From contig CALXRE010000058.1 in the NCBI GenBank assembly GCA_944390645.1, forward strand, positions 10,737-74,736: a stretch of 64,000 nucleotides of DNA. Direction: 5' to 3'. The notes beneath the pieces were generated by a model. That model saw only the letters and a list, made by a program, of their open reading frames with translations. It did no database searches and was not told the origin of the DNA. This DNA comes from an uncultured Alphaproteobacteria bacterium (GTDB taxonomy: Bacteria; Pseudomonadota; Alphaproteobacteria; CACZRW01). Within the stretch, counting starts at the first letter, position 1; each line of letters opens with the position of its first letter. The translations under genes and the position numbers were made by a program. Below are positions 50,191 to 59,562 of this stretch, one piece after another.

Positions 50191-51687
50191 TTATTGGGTA
50201 GATAAAACCTTTTCAAGGTATTTGCTTAAGTTTTCCATAACTTGAATCCTTGCATAACGCTTGTTATTACCTGAAATAAGTACCCAGGGCGCATACCAGG
50301 TGTCACAAAGCTTAAGCATATCATTAAAAGCTTTTACATAATCATCCCATTTCGAACGATTCCGCCAGTCTTCATCGGTTATCTTCCATTCTTTGTATAT
50401 GGTATTCTCTCGCTCCTTAAAACGTTTTAATTGTTCATCTTCTGAAATACAAAGTAAAAATTTGATAATATGATTCTTCTCTTTTACTAAAAGATCTTCA
50501 AAATAATTTATTTCTTCATAACCTCTAATCCAATCTCTTTCAGAAGTTAGTTTCTCTACTCTTTCAACTAAAACTCTCCCATACCAACTACGATCAAATA
50601 CGGTCAAAAGCTTCTGTTGATTGAAATCTTTCCAAAAACGCCACAAAAAATGATGCTCTAACTCTTCTTTGTTCGGAGCTGATATCGGAAAAATATTGAA
50701 ATCATGAATGTTTAAGGAGGATGTCATGCGAGTTATCGATCCTCCTTTACCAGAAGCATCGGTTCCTTCAAAAACTGTAATTACTTTTTCTCCTTTGGTC
50801 TTTATCTCCATAAATTGGCGATTTAAAATAGCCCGTAACTCTATAAGCTTTTGATTATATTCTTCTTTAGATAAAGAAAGACTTAAGTCTACATCTTCAA
50901 ATCGAGAAGATAATGAAATACCTTTCTCTTTTATCAATTCTTTTAATTCTATCTTCGGCTTGTCTCCTTGCTTGCTATCTAATGCTTTCTCTATGTGGTT
51001 ACAAAAATCTTTGAGTGTCTTTTCTATGCGTCTGTTTAAATTACTTTCTTTTATAAAATACCATTTCGCATAATCTTTATCCGTATACTTAATTATCTTC
51101 TTCGTAGCTTCTGAAAAATTATCGTGAAGAGACATGTTCGCAAAATCATCAGAAGTTACTCGCCAATTCTCTAAAGGATCTGACGAAATGCTTTTTAAGT
51201 ACTTCTCTTGATCTGCTTTATCCATATAAAGCCAAAATTTAACTATTATTGCTCCCCAATCCGATAATGTCTTCTCAAAAAAATTTAACTTATCTAACAT
51301 CGTGTGAAATTCTGCTTCATTGCATTCTTTATGCGCATATGCTGATAATGGATTTGAATACCATGAACTAACAAATAAACCAATCTTACCTTCTGGCGGT
51401 GTGTCAACCCAATATCTACGAAACTCTTGCATACTGTTCTTCATCTCACTTCGATCATAAGCCTTTAATATGAGATACTTGTTATTAAGCCATTCCCTTA
51501 AAAGCTCGGTTACTTGATCTTTACCTGCTCCATTTACTCCGCAAAATACTGCAATAACGGCTCTCTTCGATGAAACTACTTTCTCTTGCAACTTGATAAG
51601 ACGTTCTCTAAGCTTTTCCTCGGTTTCTTCATCTAAATCTATATAAGCGTTCGTATTTACTTCACTAAAAATCTCTTTATCACTCAC
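50191..51687 (-). CDS. ppk2: two-domain polyphosphate kinase 2 (PPK2 family; possibly polyphosphate:AMP/ADP phosphotransferase)
   Basis: Two tandem PPK2 modules, each with a P-loop (FCGVNGAGKDQ and FEGTDASGKGG) and lid regions; 498 aa. Confidence 0.75.
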   Translation of the reverse strand: MSDKEIFSEVNTNAYIDLDEETEEKLRERLIKLQEKVVSSKRAVIAVFCGVNGAGKDQVTELLREWLNNKYLILKAYDRSEMKNSMQEFRRYWVDTPPEGKIGLFVSSWYSNPLSAYAHKECNEAEFHTMLDKLNFFEKTLSDWGAIIVKFWLYMDKADQEKYLKSISSDPLENWRVTSDDFANMSLHDNFSEATKKIIKYTDKDYAKWYFIKESNLNRRIEKTLKDFCNHIEKALDSKQGDKPKIELKELIKEKGISLSSRFEDVDLSLSLSKEEYNQKLIELRAILNRQFMEIKTKGEKVITVFEGTDASGKGGSITRMTSSLNIHDFNIFPISAPNKEELEHHFLWRFWKDFNQQKLLTVFDRSWYGRVLVERVEKLTSERDWIRGYEEINYFEDLLVKEKNHIIKFLLCISEDEQLKRFKERENTIYKEWKITDEDWRNRSKWDDYVKAFNDMLKLCDTWYAPWVLISGNNKRYARIQVMENLSKYLEKVLSTQ

Positions 51688-53801
51688 TGCTTATCTCCTG
51701 CTTTCTTTAAAATCTTATTCTTATCTGATAACGAAAGATGGGAAAGATTACAAAAAAAATCTTGGCTGTTGAAAACCTTTTTATTCTCTCCATTACTTAA
51801 ACGAGTATATTGCATATCTTTGTCTAAAACCCAACTTTGTCCTTTGTCTAGAATCTCTGCTCTCATAATCTCATTCATTATTCTATCGTGAATCTCATCA
51901 TCTATTATCGGTATTAATGTCTCAACCCTCTCTTGCATATTCCTGTACATTAAATCTGCTGAAGAAATATAAACTTTAGCTTTCTTCGAGGGTAAAATAT
52001 GTCCGTTCCCAAAACAATAAATCCTCGCATGTTCTAAAAACCGTCCAATAATGCTCTTTACTCTAATGTTCTCTGATAATCCTTTTATCCCTGGTCTTAA
52101 AACGCAAATCCCTCTGACTATTAATTCTATTGAAACTCCTGCCCTCGAAGCTCGATATAATGCATCAACTATGTTCGCATCTACTAATGCATTCATCTTC
52201 GCCCAAATAAATGCTGGTTTCCCTTTTTGCGCATTCTTTATTTCATTCTCTATTAATGAAATTATTTTCCCTCTTAAACTTAAAGGGGCAATCGTAAGAT
52301 AACTTAAATCTCTTGGAATAATACCTCCGGTAAGGTAATTGAAAACCTTAATACCATCTAAACATAATTCCTTATTACAACTGAAAAACGATAAATCCGT
52401 ATATGTATTCGCTGTGTCCGGATTATAATTGCCCGTACCAAAATGAGCATATGTTTTTATCCCTTTATCTTCATTCCTAGTAACTAATGACATCTTAGAA
52501 TGCGTTTTGTATTCCCTAAGACCAAAAAATACTTTTACTCCAGCTTTCTCTAAATCCCTTGCCCATTTTATGTTCGCTTCTTCATCAAACCGTGCTCTTA
52601 GCTCTACTACAGCAACAACATCTTTCCCATTCTCCGCTGCTTGAATCAATGACTTGATAATTGGTGAGTCCTTACTGGTTCGATATAAGGTTTGTTTTAT
52701 AGAAATAACGTTTATATCCTTAGAGGCTTGCTTTAAAAATTGAACAACAAAATCAAAAGATTCATATGGATGATGAAGTAATATATCTTGCTTACTTAAA
52801 AAAGAAAAAAAATCACTAGAAAACTTCTTCTGCTTGTTGATTTTTTTCGGCTTGTAATCTTTAAAACTCAGATCTGGACGCTCTGGTACTTCTATACTAC
52901 TTAATTGCTTAATCCCTATAAAACCATCTATTAAAATTATATCTTCTGAATCAACATAAATATCTTCTGATATAAAACGGATTAAATCTGAAGGTGTCTT
53001 CTTATCTATTACTAAACGAACTACTGAACCTCTCTTCCTCCTTTCTAACGCTATCTCAAAACCTTTTACTAAATCATCCGCTCGTTCATCAAATTCTACT
53101 ATACTGTCTCGAACAATATAAAATATCCCTCTCCCCATAACTTCATGATCTGGAAATAATATCTCTATAAATAAAATTATCGCTTCTTCAACAGGTAAAA
53201 AACGAATCTTCTCTCCTGGAAGCCTTATAAAACGTTTCAAAATGTTTGGTAAGGGGATTAATACTCTTTTCTCTTCTTCTGAAAAATTACCTTTGTTCCT
53301 TAATGATAAAATTAAAGTTTGTTCTTGATTTAAAAGTAATGGAAATTCATTGTTAGCATTCTTAACTATTGGCGTGATTAATGGAAAAATCTCTCTCGTA
53401 AACTTATCCTTCAACCAGTTTATGTCTTCTGCACTTAAATTCTTTGTTTTAATTATTTCTATACCTTGATTCTTTAGTTCTTTAAATAATGTTTTGCATA
53501 TAGATGATTGTTCTGCATGTATACTGTTAGCAGAATTCCTAACCATACGAATCCTTTCTGATACGCTTTTACCATCATCACTTAAAAGATTTATCCCTGC
53601 TTTTAATTGCGCTTTAAGCCCAGCGTACCTAACCATATAAAACTCTTGTAAATTAGAGCCAGATATAGCTAAAAACTTAACTCTTTCTAGTAAAGGATAA
53701 CGTGGGTTCTCGGCTTCTTTTAAAACTCGACGATTAAATTCTAGCCATGAAAGTTCTCGATTGAAAAATCTACTTGCAGAGGCAAAATCTATCGTTTCCA
53801 T
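51684..53801 (-). CDS. ppk1: polyphosphate kinase 1
   Basis: 705 aa. N-terminal FFNRELSWLEFNRRVL, typical of PPK1, and two PLD-like HxK-containing C-terminal domains (HSKMSLV). Confidence 0.88.
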   Translation of the reverse strand: METIDFASASRFFNRELSWLEFNRRVLKEAENPRYPLLERVKFLAISGSNLQEFYMVRYAGLKAQLKAGINLLSDDGKSVSERIRMVRNSANSIHAEQSSICKTLFKELKNQGIEIIKTKNLSAEDINWLKDKFTREIFPLITPIVKNANNEFPLLLNQEQTLILSLRNKGNFSEEEKRVLIPLPNILKRFIRLPGEKIRFLPVEEAIILFIEILFPDHEVMGRGIFYIVRDSIVEFDERADDLVKGFEIALERRKRGSVVRLVIDKKTPSDLIRFISEDIYVDSEDIILIDGFIGIKQLSSIEVPERPDLSFKDYKPKKINKQKKFSSDFFSFLSKQDILLHHPYESFDFVVQFLKQASKDINVISIKQTLYRTSKDSPIIKSLIQAAENGKDVVAVVELRARFDEEANIKWARDLEKAGVKVFFGLREYKTHSKMSLVTRNEDKGIKTYAHFGTGNYNPDTANTYTDLSFFSCNKELCLDGIKVFNYLTGGIIPRDLSYLTIAPLSLRGKIISLIENEIKNAQKGKPAFIWAKMNALVDANIVDALYRASRAGVSIELIVRGICVLRPGIKGLSENIRVKSIIGRFLEHARIYCFGNGHILPSKKAKVYISSADLMYRNMQERVETLIPIIDDEIHDRIMNEIMRAEILDKGQSWVLDKDMQYTRLSNGENKKVFNSQDFFCNLSHLSLSDKNKILKKAGDKQ

Positions 53802-53945
53802 ATTGAATACTTCCTAACTTAATAAAATATTATGTAAAATATACATCTTTAAACTAAAAATAAATAGATTATCCTATCTTAATCTCTATGGACATAACGA
53901 ATTCTGATTGATAATATCTACCTGTAACTATGAGGAGAATTTGAA

Positions 53946-54527
53946 ATGTTGGTCGGGACAAATAATGAAATACCCGAAAAAAGTAACTATTCTGATCTAG
54001 AAAATATGAAAATTATTTTCTTGGTGCGTCATGCTAAGGCTTCTTTTAAAAAAGAGCTAGACGATTTTTCTCGTAAACTCTCAAAAAAAGGAAAAAAACA
54101 GGCCATTGCTGTTCGAGATGCTATCGATAAGTTTGAACAAAAGCCTCAGTGTGTTTTCTGCTCCCCAAGTATACGAACTTCAGAAACTTTAGATGTCCTG
54201 TTGCCTGCCTTATCAAATGCTGAGGTCACTTTCGAAGAGTTTCTTTATTTGGCTTCTGATGCTCAAATGCTTGAATTGTTAAAAAGCTTCAGCGAGGAAA
54301 CAAAAAGAGTAATGATAGTCGCTCATAATCCAGGTCTTGAAAATCTAATTTTTTACTTGGCAAATCCTAGTAAAAGCGATACTAAAAGCTATAAAAAAAT
54401 TAAGGAAAAATTCTCTCCTGGATCTGTAGCGATTATGTTGGTTAATAGTAAATGGGCTGAAATAAGCAAAAATAGTGCAGAGCTAGCTTTGGCCTTCAGC
54501 CCAAAGGATGTTTTAGGAGATAAATAA
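53946..54527 (+). CDS. sixA: SixA-like phosphohistidine phosphatase (histidine phosphatase superfamily)
   Basis: KIIFLVRHAKA RHG-type catalytic motif; 193 aa; GAGGAG RBS before ATG 53946. Confidence 0.65.
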   Translation: MLVGTNNEIPEKSNYSDLENMKIIFLVRHAKASFKKELDDFSRKLSKKGKKQAIAVRDAIDKFEQKPQCVFCSPSIRTSETLDVLLPALSNAEVTFEEFLYLASDAQMLELLKSFSEETKRVMIVAHNPGLENLIFYLANPSKSDTKSYKKIKEKFSPGSVAIMLVNSKWAEISKNSAELALAFSPKDVLGDK

Positions 54528-55082
54528 ATGCATGCTTGGCATACTGTAGAAACTGGAAATAATGTTCCAGAAGAAATTAATGCTGTAATCGAAGTCCCAA
54601 TGGGATCTAAAATAAAATATGAGCTTGATAAAAAAAGTGGTCTTATAATCGTAGATCGAATATTGTTTAGTTCTGTTCATTATCCTGCAAATTATGGTTT
54701 CATTCCTCAGACTTATTCTGAAGATCATGACCCTTTAGATATTTTAGTTCTAGGACAAATGCCTGTACATCCTTTATCTATTATGCGGGCTAAGCCTATT
54801 GGTTTAATGAAAATGCTTGATCAAGGGGAAGCTGACGATAAAGTAATCGCTGTACATGCTAATGATCCAGAATTTAATCATTATGAATCTGTAAATGATT
54901 TGCCTCCTCATAGATTGGAAGAAGTTAAGCGTTTCTTTGAGGATTATAAAGCGTTAGAAAATAAAACCGTAGTAGTAGAAAAATTCTTAGATAAAGATGA
55001 GGCGTTTAAAGTAATTAAACACTCTATAGATGCTTATAAAAAACAAATAAAGCCTATAATTAGCTTCGGTTTTAAACCTTAA
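54528..55082 (+). CDS. ppa: inorganic pyrophosphatase (family I)
   Basis: 184 aa; [11 protein letters not shown] and [20 protein letters not shown] motifs. Confidence 0.9.
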   Translation: MHAWHTVETGNNVPEEINAVIEVPMGSKIKYELDKKSGLIIVDRILFSSVHYPANYGFIPQTYSEDHDPLDILVLGQMPVHPLSIMRAKPIGLMKMLDQGEADDKVIAVHANDPEFNHYESVNDLPPHRLEEVKRFFEDYKALENKTVVVEKFLDKDEAFKVIKHSIDAYKKQIKPIISFGFKP

Positions 55083-55092
55083 TAAAGTTATC

Positions 55093-55129
55093 AAATCCTC
55101 CCTTAGTAAAAAAAGTGGAGGATTTTTTA
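55093..55129 (+). terminator. rho-independent terminator after ppa
   Basis: aaatcctcc / ggaggattt stem with approx 14-nt loop followed by tttta. Confidence 0.65.
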
Positions 55130-55237
55130 TGTAATATGTATTTTATTAATTTTGTTTTGTTGAAAAATACTTTAACACTGTTTAAAGTGAAAAAATTGCT
55201 AACCTTATCTCTGTTTAAGAGCGGCGGTAACTGAAAT

Positions 55238-56188
55238 ATGGGTTTTGTTTTAAAAATTGTTCTTATTGGGGTCGCTCTGTCCGGAATCGGTTTGGGTAAT
55301 TTCGGACTTAATGGCGATAGTCCCGAAAGTATTGCTATCGGGGTTGTAGGTGTATTGGCCGCTCTAATAAGTGTAACGTTTTTATTTAAATTCTTATGGC
55401 GTTTCTTGGGTTGCTTATCAACAATCTTAATCGCTTTAGTCATTGTGGTTATATTGTTAATTCTAACAGGAACTTTTGATACGGTTGCTTCTAAAGTCGT
55501 AAGTATTTTTAAAAGTGGATTATCTCAACAAAGCCAGTATCAAACAAACCAAATGCCTCAGAATAATCCAGCAAATGCTGCTGTTTCTTATGTCCCTGTA
55601 TTGCAACCTGATGGAACGACTATATATGTTCCTTCTGATATGTTAAATCCTAATTCTGAAACCTCTGGGCAACAAAAAAATAACTATAATTCTGCAGATT
55701 TCATAGGATCTATATCCGCTATCCGTTCTGGAAGCCAGTTCTTTATAGATGATTTGAAAGTAATATTATATGGTATTGATACTCCTGATATAGGGCAAAT
55801 ATGTTCCGATAGACGTGGAAGACCATATGATTGTGGTCAAGAATCGGTAAGACAACTACGAAAATTTACTGGTCAAACAAATTTAATCTGTAATATCAAG
55901 CAAAGAGGTCAGAATGATGGAAACTTAGTTTCAGCTGTCTGTACTATAAACGACTATGATTTAGCCGCTGCTATGGTGCAATCAGGATGGGCTCTTGCTA
56001 ATTTAAACGAAACAAGAATATATCTACCGTATCAACAGGAAGCTAGTAACTTTCATAGGGGTATGTGGTCAGGACAATTCTATATGCCAAGTGAATGGAG
56101 ATTGCAAAAAACCCAAGAAGCTCAGAGAGAAGAGGCGGCTTCTAGAAAAAGAGCAACGTCTAGTTTTATAAATGGTCTATTTAAATGA
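55238..56188 (+). CDS. membrane-anchored staphylococcal-nuclease-like (SNase/thermonuclease fold) protein
   Basis: N-terminal 2-3 TM helices, Q/N-rich linker, C-terminal SNase-like core YGIDTPDIGQIC...RGRPYDCGQES...AAAMVQSGWALAN. Confidence 0.65.
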   Translation: MGFVLKIVLIGVALSGIGLGNFGLNGDSPESIAIGVVGVLAALISVTFLFKFLWRFLGCLSTILIALVIVVILLILTGTFDTVASKVVSIFKSGLSQQSQYQTNQMPQNNPANAAVSYVPVLQPDGTTIYVPSDMLNPNSETSGQQKNNYNSADFIGSISAIRSGSQFFIDDLKVILYGIDTPDIGQICSDRRGRPYDCGQESVRQLRKFTGQTNLICNIKQRGQNDGNLVSAVCTINDYDLAAAMVQSGWALANLNETRIYLPYQQEASNFHRGMWSGQFYMPSEWRLQKTQEAQREEAASRKRATSSFINGLFK

Positions 56189-56661
56189 TATTTCAAGTCA
56201 AAACTCCTGATGATACTATCATAGTAGCTAAAAAAATTGCCTCTTTATTAAAAAACAACGATGTCGTCTTATTGGAAGGAAATCTTGGAGTCGGTAAGAC
56301 GTTTTTTGCTAGAGAAGTAATTAAAACTCTTTGTCCAAAAGTACAAGAAGTACAAAGTCCTACTTTTAATTTGGTTCAAATATATGAAAATGATTTACCT
56401 CAAAAATTAAAAATATGGCATTTCGATTTATATCGTTTGGAAGATTCTCAAGAAATATGGGAAATAGGTCTTGAAGAAGCCATGGCTGATGGTATTTCTT
56501 TAATAGAATGGGCAGAAAAAATAAAAGACTTCCTCCCTAAAGAATATTTGAAAATTAAAATTGATTGGGTATTTCAAAACACAAACGCTAGAAAAATAGA
56601 AATAATACCCGTTGGAGAAAAATGGATACATAGATTAGCTAAGATAAATTTTGATATTTAA
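56185..56661 (+). CDS. tsaE: tRNA t6A37 biosynthesis ATPase TsaE
   Basis: P-loop LEGNLGVGKTFFAREV and WHFDLYRL motif of the YjeE/TsaE family; 4-nt overlap with upstream gene. Confidence 0.85.
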   Translation: MIFQVKTPDDTIIVAKKIASLLKNNDVVLLEGNLGVGKTFFAREVIKTLCPKVQEVQSPTFNLVQIYENDLPQKLKIWHFDLYRLEDSQEIWEIGLEEAMADGISLIEWAEKIKDFLPKEYLKIKIDWVFQNTNARKIEIIPVGEKWIHRLAKINFDI

Positions 56662-56673
56662 TTTAGATAAAAA

Positions 56674-59562
56674 ATGAAAGCAAAAGTTGTAACCGTAGAT
56701 GCATCTTCTCCTTTGCTAGAAATCTTAGCAAAAAGACTTTTAGTGCAGAATAAAGATAATCCTATGAAGCTTGCGGATACGATTATAATTCTTCCTACAA
56801 GACGTGCTTGCCGGAGTCTTAAAGAGGCTTTTATCCGTTTGAGCGAAGGAAAGGTTCTTTTATTGCCAAGAATGTTGCCTGTGACAAATCTTGAAGATAC
56901 AGCTTTGTTCGATGGTGAAAATATTCCTCCTGATATATCTGGCTTAGAACGAAAAATGATTCTAACTAGATTGATAATGGCTAAATCTAGTTTATATGGA
57001 ATTGAAAATCCCACTCCAGAAAAAGCAGCTATGTTGGCCGATGCTTTAGCGGATTTCTTAGATGAAGCTTATTTATATGAAATAGACTTATCATGCTTAA
57101 AAAAGTTAGTTCCAGAAGATTTTGCTACTCATTGGCAAGAAATATTAAAATTTTTACAAATTATTATTGAAGAATTCCCAAAAATATTAGCGGAAGCTGG
57201 ACAAATTAATCCTTCAGAAAGGCAGGTTAAATTACTTGATGCTCAGGCGGAAAAATGGCAAAAAAAATCTCCGAATAATCAAATTATCGCCGCTGGAATA
57301 ACAGGTAGTATTCCTGCAATAGGAAGACTTTTAAAGGTTATTGCTAAATTGCCAGAGGGGTTGGTTATATTGCCTGCTTTGGATAAAGAAATGGATGATG
57401 AAAGTTTTGATCTTATTGATTCTTCTCATCCTCAATACGAAACAAAAATACTCTTGCAAAATATGAGCTTAAATCGTCAAGATGTCCAAGTTTGGTGTCA
57501 AACTAGTGATCCTATCTTAAAAGAAAGAGAACGCCTGGTAAAGGAGGCTTTAAGGTCTGCTTCTACTACTGATAAATGGCGAGAAATTAAAAAGTTTAAT
57601 CCTGATGTACTTAAAAAAGTTCGTAAAATAGAATGTGAAAATGTAAATCAGGAAGCTTTAACTATAGCTTTGGCTCTTAGGGAGGTTTTGGAAACTCCTG
57701 CTAAAAGAGCCATGATGGTTACTTCTGATAGAGATCTAGCACAAAGAGTTATTGCTCAAATGAAAAGGTGGGACATATTATTAGATGATTCCGCTGGTAA
57801 AGATATTACTGAAACTCCTGTCGGTGTGTTCTTAAGATTAGTAGCTGAAGCCGCTAGTACTAATTGTGAGTTTAGGGCTATGTTGGCTTTGTTAAAACAT
57901 CCTATGGCTGCTGCGGGAATGAATCCTATAGATTTACGTATAATCGTTCGTAAATGGGAAAAATTTTTACGAGATCCTAAAAAAAATACTAAACCTATAC
58001 AATGGAATAAAAATAATATTGATTTCTCTAATTTAGTTACTTTATTCCAAAATCCTTCGGACGTATTATTCTCTGATATTTTGCAAGCTCATATGGAATT
58101 GGCTGAGGCTTTAGCTGCTTCAGAAACTGAGCCAGGTCCTTTGAGACTATGGAAAGGTGAAATAGGCCAAGAAGCGGCAGCTTTGATTACGGAAATCTCT
58201 TCTTTTGCTCATATTATTGGTCGTATAAATCCTTTATATTATCCTGCTCTTTTCTATAATTTATTAAAAGGGCATCAGATACGTCCAAAATTTGGAACTC
58301 ATCCAAGATTAGAAATCCTTGGTCCTATAGAAGCTCGTTTACAAAAGGCTGATTTGATAATAATCGCTGGTTTGAATGAAGGAATATTCCCTAAAACAAA
58401 TATTGCTGATCCATGGTTGTCTCGTCAAATGCGTGCCGAATGTGGCTTACCATCTATAGAAGCTAAAATAGGTATTGCTGCTCATGATTTTATTGAAATG
58501 TTCTGTGCTCCAGAAGTGATAATGACGCGATCTTTGAAAAATGAAGGAACTCCTACGGTTCCTTCTCGTTGGATGCTTAGAATAGATACACTACTCAAAA
58601 TGGTCAATTTAGAAGATAAATGGGAAGTGCAAAATTTATCTGAAATTACTAAAAAATTAGATCTCCCAAAAGATGTTAAACCTTGCTCGCCTCCTGAACC
58701 TTGTCCGCCTCTTGAAGTAAGACCTAGACGTCTTTCGGTTACTGAAATCGAAACCTTAATGCGAGATCCTTATACTATTTATGCTAAACATATTTTAAAA
58801 CTTTTGCCTCTTGATGATATCGATTATGAGCCGGGTAGGGCTGAATATGGAACGGTATTACATAATGTATTCGAATTGTTCATAAAAGAAAATGGTTTAA
58901 CTGATTTTGATAACGCTAAGGAAAAAATTCTAGCCTTAGCTCATAAAGCTTTTGAAAAAACAGGTTTCTCTGAAGCTACTTTCGCTTTCTGGTGGCCTCG
59001 TTTCGTGAGAGTCGCGGAATGGTTCTTGGAAAAAATGAAAGAACGTAATCTTTATTATCATAAATATATTTGTGAAACTAAAGGCTCTTTAAAAATATCT
59101 GCTCCTGCAGGAGATTTCACTTTGGTTGCTAAAGTTGATAGAATAGATATAAAGCAAACAACAAATAATGCTATGATTATAGATTATAAAACTGGAGAAC
59201 CTCCAAGCATAAAAACTATACAAGCTGGATATGCTCCTCAATTACCTTTGGAGGCGGTTATGATCCAAAAAAATGCTTTCCCTGAGCTAAGTGCGAATAC
59301 AAAAGTTGAAGGAATGGAATTTTGGAAACTCTCTGGAACGGCAAAGGGATCAAAAATTATTTCCTTCTCTAAAGAGGAAACGCAAATTTATCTTAAAGAT
59401 GCATATGAAAAATTGCGGGAACTCATTTATAAGTTTGATAACAATAATGTTCCTTATCCTGCTTCTCCTCGTGCTGATATGGCTCCTAAATATTCCGATT
59501 ATGAACATCTTGAAAGAGTAAAAGAATGGTCAAGTGGTAAATCTGAAGGAGATGATGAATGA
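56674..59562 (+). CDS. addB: double-strand break repair protein AddB (alphaproteobacterial type)
   Basis: 962 aa, degenerate N-terminal helicase-like region, C-terminal PD-(D/E)XK nuclease (DRIDI...DYKTG); immediately precedes addA with 4-nt overlap. Confidence 0.85.
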   Translation: MKAKVVTVDASSPLLEILAKRLLVQNKDNPMKLADTIIILPTRRACRSLKEAFIRLSEGKVLLLPRMLPVTNLEDTALFDGENIPPDISGLERKMILTRLIMAKSSLYGIENPTPEKAAMLADALADFLDEAYLYEIDLSCLKKLVPEDFATHWQEILKFLQIIIEEFPKILAEAGQINPSERQVKLLDAQAEKWQKKSPNNQIIAAGITGSIPAIGRLLKVIAKLPEGLVILPALDKEMDDESFDLIDSSHPQYETKILLQNMSLNRQDVQVWCQTSDPILKERERLVKEALRSASTTDKWREIKKFNPDVLKKVRKIECENVNQEALTIALALREVLETPAKRAMMVTSDRDLAQRVIAQMKRWDILLDDSAGKDITETPVGVFLRLVAEAASTNCEFRAMLALLKHPMAAAGMNPIDLRIIVRKWEKFLRDPKKNTKPIQWNKNNIDFSNLVTLFQNPSDVLFSDILQAHMELAEALAASETEPGPLRLWKGEIGQEAAALITEISSFAHIIGRINPLYYPALFYNLLKGHQIRPKFGTHPRLEILGPIEARLQKADLIIIAGLNEGIFPKTNIADPWLSRQMRAECGLPSIEAKIGIAAHDFIEMFCAPEVIMTRSLKNEGTPTVPSRWMLRIDTLLKMVNLEDKWEVQNLSEITKKLDLPKDVKPCSPPEPCPPLEVRPRRLSVTEIETLMRDPYTIYAKHILKLLPLDDIDYEPGRAEYGTVLHNVFELFIKENGLTDFDNAKEKILALAHKAFEKTGFSEATFAFWWPRFVRVAEWFLEKMKERNLYYHKYICETKGSLKISAPAGDFTLVAKVDRIDIKQTTNNAMIIDYKTGEPPSIKTIQAGYAPQLPLEAVMIQKNAFPELSANTKVEGMEFWKLSGTAKGSKIISFSKEETQIYLKDAYEKLRELIYKFDNNNVPYPASPRADMAPKYSDYEHLERVKEWSSGKSEGDDE

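Noticed and set aside
55072-55443. 123-aa minus-strand ORF
   Set aside because: Overlaps the ppa terminator and the start of the SNase-like gene on the opposite strand. No support.
59291-59521. 76-aa +strand ORF in alternative frame
   Set aside because: Lies within the addB coding region in another frame. Hydrophobic artefact.
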